From NCBI GenBank assembly GCA_963693365.1, contig CAVNZM010000006.1:6117264-6181263 (forward strand): 64,000 nt of DNA, in the 5' to 3' direction. Shown piece by piece: positions 48,882-63,935 of this stretch. The stretch comes from Amoebidium appalachense. Lineage: Eukaryota; Protista; Ichthyosporea. Position 1 is the stretch's first letter, and each line of letters begins with the position of its first letter. The position numbers and the translations under genes were made by a program. The notes below the pieces were generated by a model. It had not been told where the DNA came from, ran no database searches, and worked only from the letters and a program-made list of their open reading frames with translations.

Positions 48882-49449
48882 CGCTCTCTCTCTCTCTTCC
48901 CCTCCACCTCTCTCTCTTTGCTCTCCCTGTCTAGATTTAGGGAGTTTGGGAGCTTTGTCAGAGCCCATCTCACCATCTTCTTTTTGGTCACTCGGTTTTC
49001 TCTCTTTGTGACCATGCACCCTTCCCCTCCTCCTCCCTTCTCCCCTGCCATCTCCTCTCCCCTTTGAATATCATTTGATTCCTTGCATCGTTCTCCCCCC
49101 TGGCTTTCTCTTTGTACTTCTCCGGTGTGACGAAACCAACCCCTTCCCTCCCCCCTCCCCCCCTTCTCCCTTTCCCCGTCCCCTTCCACTTCCCCTTTCC
49201 CTTTAATTCGGTCTTTTTTTTGGGGTGGGAGGGGGGAGAGGAGTTTGTGTGTGTGTGTGTGTGTACAAAAAAAAACACGACTCATCTGGTCGCGCCCATC
49301 CACCACCTTTGTACACACACACGTACACACACACGCGTACACACACACGTGCAGTGTACCTGACCGGTGACGGGCGCATCTCCATTGCCGGCATCACCAG
49401 CCACAACGTCGACTATCTGGCAAAGGCCATGCATGAGGTCACAAAGTAG
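39365..49449 (+). CDS. GOT2: Aspartate aminotransferase, mitochondrial; 12 coding exons, with one apparent +1 frameshift in exon 4
   Basis: Exons 39365-39459, 40398-40551, 41789-41874, 42701-42832, 43581-43636, 44352-44438, 45254-45358, 46212-46362, 46976-47132, 48062-48143, 48660-48765, 49355-49449(TAG). Motifs: [72 protein letters not shown] (PLP Lys), MYSNPP, QIGMF, DGRIS. Presequence [15 protein letters not shown]. Likely 5'UTR intron 38646-39350. Confidence 0.95.
47749..47954. mobile_element. ~200-bp fold-back (palindromic) MITE in a GOT2 intron
   Basis: TTCAAACAGACAACGTATCCTGTCAGAC...TTAGCCGGCG...ACCGATTTA is mirrored by TAAATCGGT...TTAGCCGGCG...GTCTGACAGGATACGTAGTCTGTTTTGAA; imperfect complementarity runs over nearly the whole length. 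Confidence 0.75.
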
Positions 49450-50854
49450 CCAATCATATGCACCGTTTAAAATTTAACGCTGTTTAGCCTGCAGTACGAA
49501 AATAAGGAGTGGCCATTGAATTCTCGGATGGTGTCTTGTCAAGTGGTTGGTTTTGCCCTCTGCTGTTACCACGTGTTGTTCATTTCCCGGAATTTATGGT
49601 TTTTTCCCGGTTGTTGTGATGGATTCACGGTATTCGTGATATTTCTTGGAACTTGGTTGACAGTGTCTGTCCGGTGTTTGTGGTCTTTCCCGGTATTTAG
49701 TACGTTTTAGTGTTAGATGTGTCCGTGTACACGTCGTTTGATGAAAACGGCTCAGTCGCACATTTCCGTCCTGCGTTAATACTTATGGCTGGGAATCCAG
49801 CCTTGCGGCTGCGCAATTAACAAAAAAAGAAGGACCCACATGTGCCTAACTAAAAGTGATCGATCGAATGTGCGTGCGTGCGTGTGTGCACAGTGCATGT
49901 TGTGTGTGTGTGTGTGTGTGTCCAGATTTTTTGTGCATTTTCAGGTACGTGTGGGTTAGAAAGCGCCACCCGGTGCCACCTCTGACGTGTATGATTGTGT
50001 CTCCCTTTCCTTGTGTACGTGTGTCTGAGTGCTGGGAGACACACGTACACGTGTACGTGTACATGTGTGTGTGTGTGCATGTGTGTCTGCCTGCTCCGTG
50101 TGTGTGTGTGTGTGTGTGCGTGCGAGCGCTCGCGCGGCCTGCGTGTCTATGTGTCTGTGTTCCCATTTTGGGATATATTGTGGTGGTTGTGAGGGGGGAG
50201 CGCTCCAAGCATGGATTTCGATCGAATACATGCGAGAGGGGGGGGGGGGGGGATAAAAAAAATAAAATATGAGACCCTGATACAAAATTCGAAATTCAAA
50301 GCTTTAGTTTTATTTCAATGGCATTTCAAAATGATATCATGTATTTACATCACTTTTTATCACGAACATAGAACCATCATCACTAGCACAGACCTGCAGC
50401 GTTTGCCCAGGACTTCTTCATCATTTCTTCATGTATGTACACACGTCAACTTTACATCAATGGGTGGAGACATCGGGAAGCAACGAAAAATTAGAATGAC
50501 TACGGACAATCCAAGCTCCTTTGTGTCAAGAGCTACACCTAGATGCAAAGAAAATGCGCCCTTTGCACAGCATAATTTCGTTTTACTCCTCTACAACAGT
50601 CAAAGGCTTGACTCTCCGTGAAAAATACTTTAACAAGTACAAACAAGTACGATAATACCTCAACGGAATACCAATATGCCATTCGGTACTGAGTAATTAC
50701 TGTACTGTTATTCATCATGTGAGACACAGACACTACCCCTTACTAATATTCACCAGACCTTCCAACAAGCCAATACACTGACAAACAAAAAACTGCCTCC
50801 ACAGAACAAGAAATCTCATCATCGGAGTCATGATTTTTCGTTCTTGTGAGCAGC

Positions 50855-51634
50855 CTACCAACACCGAGCATACCCACTACCCGACCTATACAACATAGAG
50901 ATTCCATTCTCTTTTGCCGGATCGCACGCCCCCGACCCCTTCTTCGAATACTCCGCGCCAAAAACGGCCTTTCCTTGCTTGCGGAAGGGCGCATACACAT
51001 CACACTGGTTGAACCTCGGGCACGACTCGTTGACGGCAAAGTCAAAATCATCCACCAACTCGGGGAGAATCTCAAACGCGTTCTTGAGACCTATTGCCAT
51101 TCCACGCGAGTGCGCCGCTGTCACCAACCATTTTGCGTAAGCGACCGTGGCTTTTCCCTTTGTCTTCATGCTCTTCCCCGGCACACACCCGTCGTATTCA
51201 AAACAGTCCATGTTGTCTGCCTCGACGGCGTCGCAGCCCTTCTCTTTGGCAATATTGAGCCTGTTTTCCATTAGGTCTTTGAGCGATTCCCAATTCATAA
51301 CGTTGAACCACCTCTCACCGTGATACGGTGACCAAGTGCTAAGGCCATCCGAAGGAACGTCGCCGCGGTCGGGTCTCCCTTGCTCGAGCGTGCCGGCAGA
51401 CATATAGCACAGAACCTTCTGACCGTTGCTCTTGTATTTTTTAATATCCTTCTCTGACGAGTAGAAGGTATCCACCTCGACTACATCTACCCCACTACAG
51501 TCCGACCCAAAGAGGTATGCTTGACTACACCAAGTAAGCCCTGTCGGCCAGTCTCGGCCACCGCGGCGGGCGGGCGAGGCGGCGGCGGCGGCGGCGGCAG
51601 CTGCCAGAGCGAAAAAGTTGGCGCTGAAGTGCAT
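50855..51634 (-). CDS. Secreted glycoside hydrolase family 114 (endo-alpha-1,4-polygalactosaminidase, Ega3-like), intronless, 259 aa
   Basis: Signal-peptide-like MHFSANFFALAAAA; motifs KVLCYMSAGT.E..RPD, GERW, KGCDAVEADNMD, AHSRGMAIGLKN, FDFAVNESC, GKAVFGAEY. TATATAAA on minus at 51751-51744. Confidence 0.88.
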   Translation of the reverse strand: MHFSANFFALAAAAAAAAASPARRGGRDWPTGLTWCSQAYLFGSDCSGVDVVEVDTFYSSEKDIKKYKSNGQKVLCYMSAGTLEQGRPDRGDVPSDGLSTWSPYHGERWFNVMNWESLKDLMENRLNIAKEKGCDAVEADNMDCFEYDGCVPGKSMKTKGKATVAYAKWLVTAAHSRGMAIGLKNAFEILPELVDDFDFAVNESCPRFNQCDVYAPFRKQGKAVFGAEYSKKGSGACDPAKENGISMLYRSGSGYARCW

Positions 51635-53015
51635 TTTGGCTTGTTTAGTTTGGTTGAGAGAATGCGGTGGGTGGGCTCACGGGGCTGCTGTCTTTGAATG
51701 CACTGATGAGCGAATGGTGGGTCTGCCGAGCAGTATCAGCTGCTTTATATAGTTTTAGATCTTGAGTCGTGGACCAGTCAGAAAGTTTGGAACAGATCCA
51801 GCCAATCGTGAGTGTCTTTCTCAAGACCTCGTCCCGGGCAATGCTTCGTTTCCCGGCACACGCAACCAGGAAATACAGCTCTGGTAATAGTTTTTCTGCA
51901 TATAAATACTTGCCAAATTTTAATATTCTGGTTTTTCTAATTTTTTTTCATTTCTTGTGCATTGTTTTAGTAACTACTCTATTATGCAGTCAAGTCCAGT
52001 GCAAATAGCCCAGTCTGCCCAGGCTCCGTGGATACCAATCAAAACAAACACTATTAGATTAACCAATCGTATAAGAGAACAGAACCGCCAATCAGATGCG
52101 TATTATATTCGAGGGCTAATGGGTGGGTCCTACATAGGACAAAGGAGCCCGTTTGCCCATGCCATGTTTTTTCTGCCAGCGCAGCACCTCTCAAACTTGT
52201 TGCTCAAACAAACATTTTCCATAGAAAATCGTATAGTTATGTATCAATACATCGCATAACACAATGATCCTACTAAATAGCCCTTTGTATGAACTATGTA
52301 TGATACGCGTCATATATGGTTCAACCCCACCACATGCACAAACACCGTCCAAGTTGGCATTTTTTCACATCAACTTCAAACAAACAAGCTAAATTTGATC
52401 TTCGCCATCACAAAACTATGCATTCCCCGCAGCTTTCATATCAAATTCACGTGAGGGGTGGCTCCGCCCCACCGCACACAACACCACGACAGCTGTAAGT
52501 TACGTGGGCTTGCGCTCCTATTTGTTACCGGCCCCAATCAAGGTTCCTACGGCACGTTCCCACCCCTATTCCCGGGCTTGCCCGGGCAGGGCAGGGCTGT
52601 ACGTAATCTTTCCAACACCCAAACGATCGCAAAGATAGGCTAGTAATTGGGTGTATGATTGCCACGTATACGGTATTACGTACCGTATGCCTGTGTGCTA
52701 TGCCTGTGTACGTGTACACATGTCTATTATAGGAATGCCCATGCATGAACTAAAACGCAAGGCTATGTTCCCGGTAGTTCAAGTGATGAATGAAGTTCAA
52801 GAAAGGCAAACACGTGAAAGAGGTGAAATATATATCCCGCGTGCGTTGAAGCCTATCTGAGGACTATTTTGGGCAAGATCTAATTAATAAGCTGAAAAAA
52901 GAAGCAGATATTGAAAAGTCGACCATAAATAGATGTCTCCCAGTTCTGCCATTGAATAATGATACTAACTAATCATTATTACTCTTGGATTGAAAAATGG
53001 GAGAGCCCGAGAAGG

Positions 53016-53066
<51 letters not shown>

Positions 53067-53650
53067 CTGGTGTCTGAGGACCACGTCACCTGCCAGTCAC
53101 CCAGCAGGTATTATATACTATGATACGTAGTTGGAAGGGGCCGGGGGAGGAGTAGGGGAGGGGGGATGGGATCCGGAGAAAGAAGGGAGAGGCGGGGGGG
53201 AAGGAGGGGGGGGGGGGGGGGGGGGGGGTATCGATCTTTTGAAAGAAAAATGGGGAAAGGTAACCTTCCCGCCCCCTCCTTCCCCCCTCCCCCCCCCCCC
53301 CCCTCTCCCCTCTACTTCGAATTCCTTTGCGATTTCTCACATTTCGCGGTTGCAATTGCCTCGTTCAAACCTACTGCCGGCTTCCCGAATATATACTCAC
53401 ACACACAAGCCCACACATATACCTCACAGTCTTCTCTTTCCAGATCTTTCATGTTTCTCGAGGCTCCAAGTCCGTCCCCCCCATTCTGCTTTTCTCTCTC
53501 CACCCCAGGCCCTCCCCCCGGTCCCTCCTACCCCCCCCCCCCCCCCCCAAAAAAAAAAAAAAAAAAAAAAAACCGAAGCTCCCCAACAACCCTTTCTGGC
53601 GTACAGCGTACACGTGTACATACATGCACCGCCAAATACCACGAACATAT

Positions 53651-56330
<2,680 letters not shown>

Positions 56331-56526
56331 TATATAATTATGTATGTATATATACATATGTGTGTGTGTATAGGCGTAGTGTACATGCATATGTACGCAT
56401 TGTACCACTACGTGTGCCAGGGTTGGGTGGCGGGGAGGAGGGGTGGAGGGGGACCCGTGAGGGAGGGAGGGAGGGGAATAGGGGAGGAGGTTGTGTATGT
56501 GCGTGTCCCGAGGGGGGGCGGGCGGG

Positions 56527-56563
<37 letters not shown>

Positions 56564-57396
56564 ATAACGTTGTGATCACGCCCCAATAATAATGTAAGAT
56601 GGTATCATCATTCGGACATGGTGGAGCCGAGAAAACGGGCGTGAGCCTAGGAACCGGTACCGAAGGAGCGATTCTGCATGTGCACATCTCTACCATACAC
56701 TCACTCAGTGCACCTGTGAGTTCCCATGCATGTACAAGTGTACAATTACTAATATAAATTTGGAAACTTCGTACATGATAAGACGATAATATTCATATGT
56801 GTAGTGTATATGAACCCCGTCAATTGGACTCAAAGTGGAAGAGCATTTATTTGCAACAAGTTGCGTAATATTATCACTGTTATGGCACATCAAATCAACC
56901 CGAGTCAACACCGTGCTTTTTTGTTCCAAGCTCGAACCTCCCACGCTTCCATGATGCCCACTGATTTTAATTGGTTATATCCTCAACCAATCACAATGCA
57001 TCTTCATGATGACGATGAGCTGAATCTGAGCCGAATGTTCGATGATGTCACATACTTTCGAGATCTTACTCTGTAATGATTGGTTTACATGAAATATGAT
57101 CTATTTTGGGTTACTTTCTCGTTGATTGATTGGTACATTGTAGATCCCGAATTCCGGAATCCCGATGCAGCGGGCCAGTTCGAAAATTCTGCAGTTGCAC
57201 AGGGCACACAGCAACTTTTGGGGCGCGCAAAGAGAAAAGCACTGAGCCAAACAGAGCTTCCGAACCGCCGGCTTGCCTGCTTTCCACCTCATGCCAACAG
57301 GTATAAAAGGGCAAAAACCATGGACAATATCTCATTGCACAGCAATTGCAACAACCACGTTTGCTCAGCACGCAACCTCCTCATCAGTCCGCGAAG

Positions 57397-58374
57397 ATGC
57401 CTCCCGCCGCAGCTGTCGACATCCAGCCTACCACGGCCAACGAAGGCAAGCCCTCCGCCGTCTACCACAAGGGAAACTTGACCATTCGCAAGCTTGCACC
57501 TCACATTGGAGCTCTGGTGACAGGGGCCGACCTGACTAAACCGCTCGACAAGGAAACACGGGACGCCATTGAAGCCGCCGTCATCGAACACGGGGTGATC
57601 TTCTTCGAGAACCAACACATCACCCCCGAACAGCAGAAGGAATTTGGGCTGCAGTTTGCTCCCCACGGCCTTCACGTGCACCCCCTGTCGCGTGGTTTCA
57701 ACCAGGTTGGAGACGCGACCCCTGAGACTTTTATCCTCGACAGCGATGTGCTTACTAAGTATTCAAAGGATGGTGGGAGCCGCTACCGCGACAACACGTG
57801 GCACACGGACGTGACCTTCGAGGCCAACCCGCCCCTCGGCGCCGTGCTTGTCCCTCGCGTCCTTCCCTCCGTCGGCGGAGACACGCACTGGGGTAGTTTG
57901 ATCGCCGCGTACGAAGCGCTCTCCGAGCCCGTTAAGAGGCTTGCGGACAGCCTTCAGGCTGAACATAGCTTCACCTACGCGTTCGCCGAAGAATTCTACG
58001 CTCAGTACAAGAACGCGGAGGGTCCCCTGAAGAAGATTTGGGAGAACTGGGTGGCTGCAAAGGACAGCCTGCCCCCCGTCGTCCATCCGGTCGTACGCAC
58101 GCACCCGGTCTCCGGCAAGAAGGGGCTGTTTGTGAACAAGATTTTCACCAAGAAGATTGTGGGCGTGAGCGACACGGAGAGCAAGCACATTCTCTCGCTT
58201 TTCTTTGAGCATTCTCAGCATGCCGAGTTTACGGTGCGGTGGTCGTGGAAGCTTGGAGATGTTGCCTTCTGGGACAACAGGCTGACGCAGCACCGTGCTA
58301 CGGCGGACTTTGATGCGACAAAGGAGCGTCGTGTTGTGCATCGCATCACCCTGGCTGGCGACAAACCGTTCTAA
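57397..58374 (+). CDS. TauD/TfdA-family Fe(II)/2-oxoglutarate dioxygenase (taurine/sulfonate dioxygenase-like), intronless, 325 aa
   Basis: ATG 57397. Motifs LAPHIGALVTGADL, HGVIFFENQ, WHTDVTF (HxD), GGDTHW, HPVVRTHPVSGKKGLFVN, WDNRLTQH (distal His), HRIT (Arg). TATAAAA at 57302-57308. Confidence 0.93.
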   Translation: MPPAAAVDIQPTTANEGKPSAVYHKGNLTIRKLAPHIGALVTGADLTKPLDKETRDAIEAAVIEHGVIFFENQHITPEQQKEFGLQFAPHGLHVHPLSRGFNQVGDATPETFILDSDVLTKYSKDGGSRYRDNTWHTDVTFEANPPLGAVLVPRVLPSVGGDTHWGSLIAAYEALSEPVKRLADSLQAEHSFTYAFAEEFYAQYKNAEGPLKKIWENWVAAKDSLPPVVHPVVRTHPVSGKKGLFVNKIFTKKIVGVSDTESKHILSLFFEHSQHAEFTVRWSWKLGDVAFWDNRLTQHRATADFDATKERRVVHRITLAGDKPF

Positions 58375-58800
58375 TTCCACGGCTGAGCAGCGGTCAGGCC
58401 GACTTCTTTTTGTGGCCACAGTGTTTGGTAGTGTCAAATGTAGTGTAAGTAGTTAACACTCTGATCTCATATCGAGCCTCTTGTAAGTGCAAGCTTCAAA
58501 AGTGAAAATGATTCGCAAACTGCCTGGGTTAGCTGCCAGTATCATACCTGCTTCGGGTTTGATTTGTATTTAGTTTCAAATAGTGGTTGTCTGCCGAAAC
58601 AATGCCGTACCAGTACCTAATTCTGATTTTATGTATTCCGGGCAGGGGTGTTTAGTTGAAGCTTAATAATGACTGAGCGCGTGTATATCATACTGTTCCT
58701 TCTTGTGTTTTCCAGCTTGTGCTGGCATGAACAAGAAGAATAAAGGAAAAATCTGCTGAATATGGATCCAGTATGTATGCAGGGGTTGTATGTGTACACA

Positions 58801-58979
58801 TCGACCAAAAAACAAAAAAACAGAAAACAAAATTGCAGAGCATGCTAAAGTTCTACCTTATGCGGTACAAGCCACACTTTCCACTCCCCTCGACCAAAAA
58901 ACAAAAAAAACAGAAAACAAAATTGCAGAGCATGCTAAAGTTCTACCTTATGCGGTACAAGCCACACTTTCCACTCCCC
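58801..58979. repeat. Near-perfect tandem duplication of ~89 bp
   Basis: TCGACCAAAAAACAAAA...GCATGCTAAAGTTCTACCTTATGCGGTACAAGCCACACTTTCCACTCCCC at 58801-58889 and 58890-58979, differing by one A in a homopolymer. Confidence 0.9.
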
Positions 58980-61149
58980 TCCCCCCTTCCCCCCCTCCCC
59001 CCCCCCCCCCCCCCCCCACCCCCCTCTTCCCTCCCTCCCCCCCTCCCCTTTCCCCCTCCCCCCCCCCCGGGGGCCCCAAGCCCCGTCGACACAAAGACCA
59101 CGCCATGATAGAAGCATCATGCACACGCGCACGCATAAGTCTTAGCACTCACATGGACATGCACACACACAGGCACGCAGACACACACACGCAAACGCAT
59201 GCACACACACACACACACACACACATGCACGCATGCACACGAACTCACACGCACACATGCACACACGCACGCCCACACGCACGTACACGCGCACACACAA
59301 ACACACACACACACACACACACATGCACGCACATGCACGCACACGCACACGCACACGCATATGCACACGCAAGCGCGCACATACACGAACACGCACACGC
59401 ACACGCATGCGCACACACACTTGCACACACACACACACATGCACACATACACACAGGCACACACCTTGGCACAGACAGGCCGCCACAGCTGCAGACACAC
59501 TCAAAGTCTCTCCCCCCCCAAACCCCCCCCCTCTCCCCTCCCCCCCCCCCCACATCCCCCCCCCCTTCCTCCCTCCCTCCCTCCCTCCCCCCCTCCCCTC
59601 GGGGGAATCGTACTTCTGCACTTCAATTCGAGTCGAGCACGCACATCCTAAACGTAGGTAATATACTAAAGGCATCCATTGCTAAAAAAAAACCTTTGAT
59701 TGTTTTAAACTTGTTTTTTTTAAGTTTGTATAGATCGGGTACCCCAAGACCATACATATCCAGCTTTCAAAAAGTGTTTGCTATGGGTCTTATGACTTGC
59801 CAATTTCCAGAACGTAAGTTCACAATACTATATTGAAGTTCTGGTACTGTACTCAGTGGGCAGCTTTCCATATTTAGCTTCAGCACCGACTGCTCGATTA
59901 CCGTGAGAAATAATATCTAGGCTTTTTGAATCTTTGATCGGTTATGAGTCTGCATCTTGTAATAAAATCCAAAAAAATAAAAAAAAATAAAAAAAAAAAT
60001 AAAAAAATAAAAAAATCCTTGCTTTATTTTTCAGAATGTGTGCCTTTTTGCAACCCTACCCGACGGATTCGGAATTCCCTCGTGACCTATACCATCTACG
60101 TACAACAAGCACAAAAAATGAAAAACAAATATCTGCAAATTCAGTCCCCAGCTGCAGCTGTTCATCACGTCCTCATCAAAACAGCTACCCTCCCCTCCCC
60201 CCCTCCCCCCCCCCCCCCCCCCCCCCCCCCCCTTCCCCCTCCCCCCCCCCCCCCCCTCCCCCCCGTCCGCCCCGTCCGCCTACCCGCCCACATGCCCCTT
60301 TTCCCTTCCCCTCCCACTCCCCACCCGCACACCCACCCAGTGGCACCACTAAGATTTCTGCCCTTCCTTAAATTTAGGTTTCTGGCCACCAACTCACGGA
60401 TAGCCTAAACGCTATGTGGGTCCTTAACTCCTCGCGATCATGAGGGTACTTAGTGATTTGGTCTAAGGGTGCCTTTTACCGTAGCTTATAATTTGCGATA
60501 TTTGGGGATCGTATTGCATCTGTGTATACTTGCGCGTTTATATGGACTAATATTAAGTGCTAAAACTTGTGTGAATTTGTGTCTCTCGTGGTATGTGCTG
60601 TACGTGCCCTAAGGATATAAATACAAGAACACACCGAGAGCACCGGATAAGTTGGGCGGAAAATAAGAAAAGAGATATTACAGTAGGTGAAAAACCAGAC
60701 CAAGCGTTCACGTTTAATAATGGCTAGAGTATATTTAATCTGAAATACATTCAATATCAGATTGTATGATTGAGGGCTAGTCCGTGACTTTTTGGCGCTA
60801 GCCCGCTAGTCGCATTGTCGCGTCGCGGTAAACTTTAAGTGCTAGCCCGCGTGCTTTTATCATTATAGTGGCCCAAGTGGGCTAATACATATTACAGTAG
60901 CATGTGCCCCGATGCTACTGCTTTTTTTTCTGCTACCGTGCCGGACCACTTTTACTGCAATGTATGTTAGTATTTAAAGTTACATGTTCTTAGTTACAAG
61001 TTATCTCTTATTAGTTACACGTTATCCCTGAATTACAAGTTATCTCGCTTAGTGCGTGTTTCAGTGTTCATGCGTGCCCCTGGTGTCCCCCCCTCCCCCC
61101 CCTCCCCCCCCCCTCCCCCCCTTCCCCACTCCCCTCCCCTCTCCCCCCA

Positions 61150-61182
61150 CACGACCAGGTAGAGTTACCCTCCAAAGGTGCA

Positions 61183-61252
<70 letters not shown>

Positions 61253-61775
61253 ATTCCCCCGGGCGCGCGTCCTAAGCCCCTCCACCCCCCTCCCCCCTCC
61301 CCCCACGCCCTCCCCACCCCCCTACCTCCCCCCACCCCCTTCCCCCTCCTCCTCTCCTCCCCCTCTCCCCCTCCCCCCTTCCCCCCCCCTCCCCCTCCCC
61401 CCCCCCCCCCCCCCCACACACACACACCGCCAGGTAGAGTTACCCTCATAAAGCGCATTCCCCCTCCCCCCCCCCCCCCCCCCCCCCCCCCCCGGGGGCA
61501 CCACTACCCCCCCCCCCCCCCCCTCCCCCCCCTTTCCCCATGCCTTGGTTTTCAAATAATGTCAAATACATACCCCCCCCCCCCCCCCCCTCCCCCCTTT
61601 CCCCATGTCTAGGCTTTCAAGCAATCGCAAATAACCCCCCCCCCCCCCCCCCCCCCCCCCTCCATTTCCCCATGTCTGGGCTTTTAAACAATCCCAAATA
61701 CCCCCCCCCCCCCCCCCCCCTCCCCCCCCCCCCCCCCCCTCCCCCAACCCCCATGCCTGAGTTTTCAAACATGTT
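61150..61775. repeat. Poly-C-spaced degenerate tandem repeats
   Basis: CCAGGTAGAGTTACCCTC twice (~61155, ~61430); CCCCATGYCT.RG.TTT.AA four times (~61536, 61601, 61668, 61749), with poly-C runs in between. Confidence 0.65.
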
Positions 61776-62606
61776 CTCAAATAACTCTGAGTCATCGGAT
61801 AACTGCTGTCCATGATCAATATGTTTGACTAAAAATGAGCTCGTTGACGAAATTTAAAAGATACCGGCTACATATGCATACACTACACAATCGACAGTCA
61901 CAAACGCAAAGGATACAAGCCAGGAATGTGAGAGCTAATTAGATAATCATTCAAGAAAATTTGGTGAATATTTGTTGCCAACTCCAGAGGCTTAATAATT
62001 CCATCCTTACCCCCCCACAACATATATAGCTCACGTGACATGTCCTTAATAAACAGCACATTCCCCCCCCTTATATATATCGCCCATGATCGATGCCATG
62101 CATGTTGAAGCTGCTGATTGATTGACAATGTGTTGACAGTGTCCGGAGGCCGGGAAGCGCTAGCTTGCTTTTGTTTTTCTCGTTAATAGGCCCAACATTT
62201 ACCCTGAGGGGCGCGGGGGGAGGGCGGTTTGGGGGGCGAGGGGAGGGGGGGGGGGGGAGGGGAGGGGGGGGGGGGGGGAGGGGGGGGGGAAGGGGAAGAG
62301 GGGGGGGGGGAGGGGAGGGGGGAAGGCCAGACAGGACTTTCGTATGGTGCACGCATATTGGGCAAGGCCGGGTGAGAAGCCGTAGTACAGTGAAAATCGA
62401 AGTGTCAAAATTTTTAAGGCAGCACGTAGAGGGTCTGGGTGGGCGAGCAGTTGGTTCTTCGCTTTCCCCCCCCTTTGTTCTTTCTCTCTTTCTCTCTTTC
62501 ATATTTTTTCATTTCATTCCTCTTTTCTCTTGGAAGTATGGGGGAAGGGGGAGGGGGTTGGGGAGGAGCTATTAAAAAGGTTAAACGGAGACCCGATTGG
62601 AAGGGA

Positions 62607-62650
<44 letters not shown>

Positions 62651-63140
62651 AGTATTTCAATTACGGTAAAGCGGTGCACGTATTTTAGACAGCTTTTGCC
62701 TGCAGGCACCAGTGAAACCAGTGCCACTAGGTACAGGTGCATGACATCATGATGTGACGGGTGTGCGTGTGCGTGTGTATGTGTGTGTGTGTGTGATGAG
62801 ACAGCTAGATTGTGTGTGTGCGTGTGTGTGTGCATGCATGCTTGTGCGTGCGTGCGTGTGCATGTGTATGTGTGTGTGCGTGTGTGTGTAGCGCGCGCAC
62901 ACACCTATTATTAGTGTGTGTGTGTGTGTGTGTGTGTGTGACACTGTGTGTGTGTGAGCTGTGTGTGTGTGACACTGTGTGTATGTGAGCTGTGTGTGTG
63001 TGTGACACTGTGTGTATGTGAGCTGTGTGTGTGTGTGTGTGTGTGTGTTACGGTTTGTCGGTGGGGGGCTTGAGGGAGCAGGGGGACTCAGTTTGACAAA
63101 CAGGCCAGAAAGTGCAAGGAGCAAGGAGACCATCAATATT

Positions 63141-63255
63141 CTAGATCTTCCAATTGCAGCATTCTAACACGTAGGTCAGCGAATGTTGCCGCAAATGCAT
63201 GTGGCCATGGAGTTGAACATAAGTCTCCCCCCCTCCCCCCCGGACACACACACAG

Positions 63256-63312
<57 letters not shown>

Positions 63313-63617
63313 CGTGTGTGTGTGTGTGTGGGAAAGGGACGAGGGAGGGGGGAAGGGGAGGTGGAGGGGGGGGGGGGGGGGCCTTGGATGTACATTTTCA
63401 TAATGTAGATCTATTGCGAGTTGATGTTGGGGAGCTTGCAGAGTAATACACAGAGCGACTCTACCTTTGCTCGGCAATTCTTTATCATTATCAGCATATG
63501 TATTTCGAATCGTGGCTTTACCAGTAAAGCACTCCCCAGTAACGACTAAACCACCGTATTTTCTCCTCTCTGTGAACCTGTGATCACATCTTTCTACGGG
63601 TGTGCCGAAACACGGTA

Positions 63618-63686
<69 letters not shown>

Positions 63687-63832
63687 TATATGCGTGTGTG
63701 TGTGTCTGTGTGTGTGTGCGTGTGACCCACAAGACTGAAATATCAAGACAGTTGGTGCGTGTGTGCATACACACAGACACACAAAATGCATCAACCAGGA
63801 TAATCGCACAAACAAAAAAAAAACGGACACCA

Positions 63833-63880
<48 letters not shown>

Positions 63881-63935
63881 CGCCCATCAATCAAACACGC
63901 ATTTTCAATGATCCAAAGATTCCTGCGACATTGCC
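63141..63935 (-). CDS. Possible last three exons of an unknown gene that starts beyond the window
   Basis: Phase-consistent GT-AG exons 63935-63899, 63593-63465, 63163-63141 give GNVAGIFGSLKMQRCDHRFTERRKYGGLVVTGECFTGKATIRNTYADNDKELPSKECCNWKI*. CTGAC lies just upstream of the last AG and the introns have the local CA/poly-C style. No recognisable family. Confidence 0.3.

Noticed and set aside
61150-61775. CRISPR-like array
   Set aside because: Repeats are degenerate, spacers are poly-C rather than unique sequence, there are no cas genes, and the context is eukaryotic.
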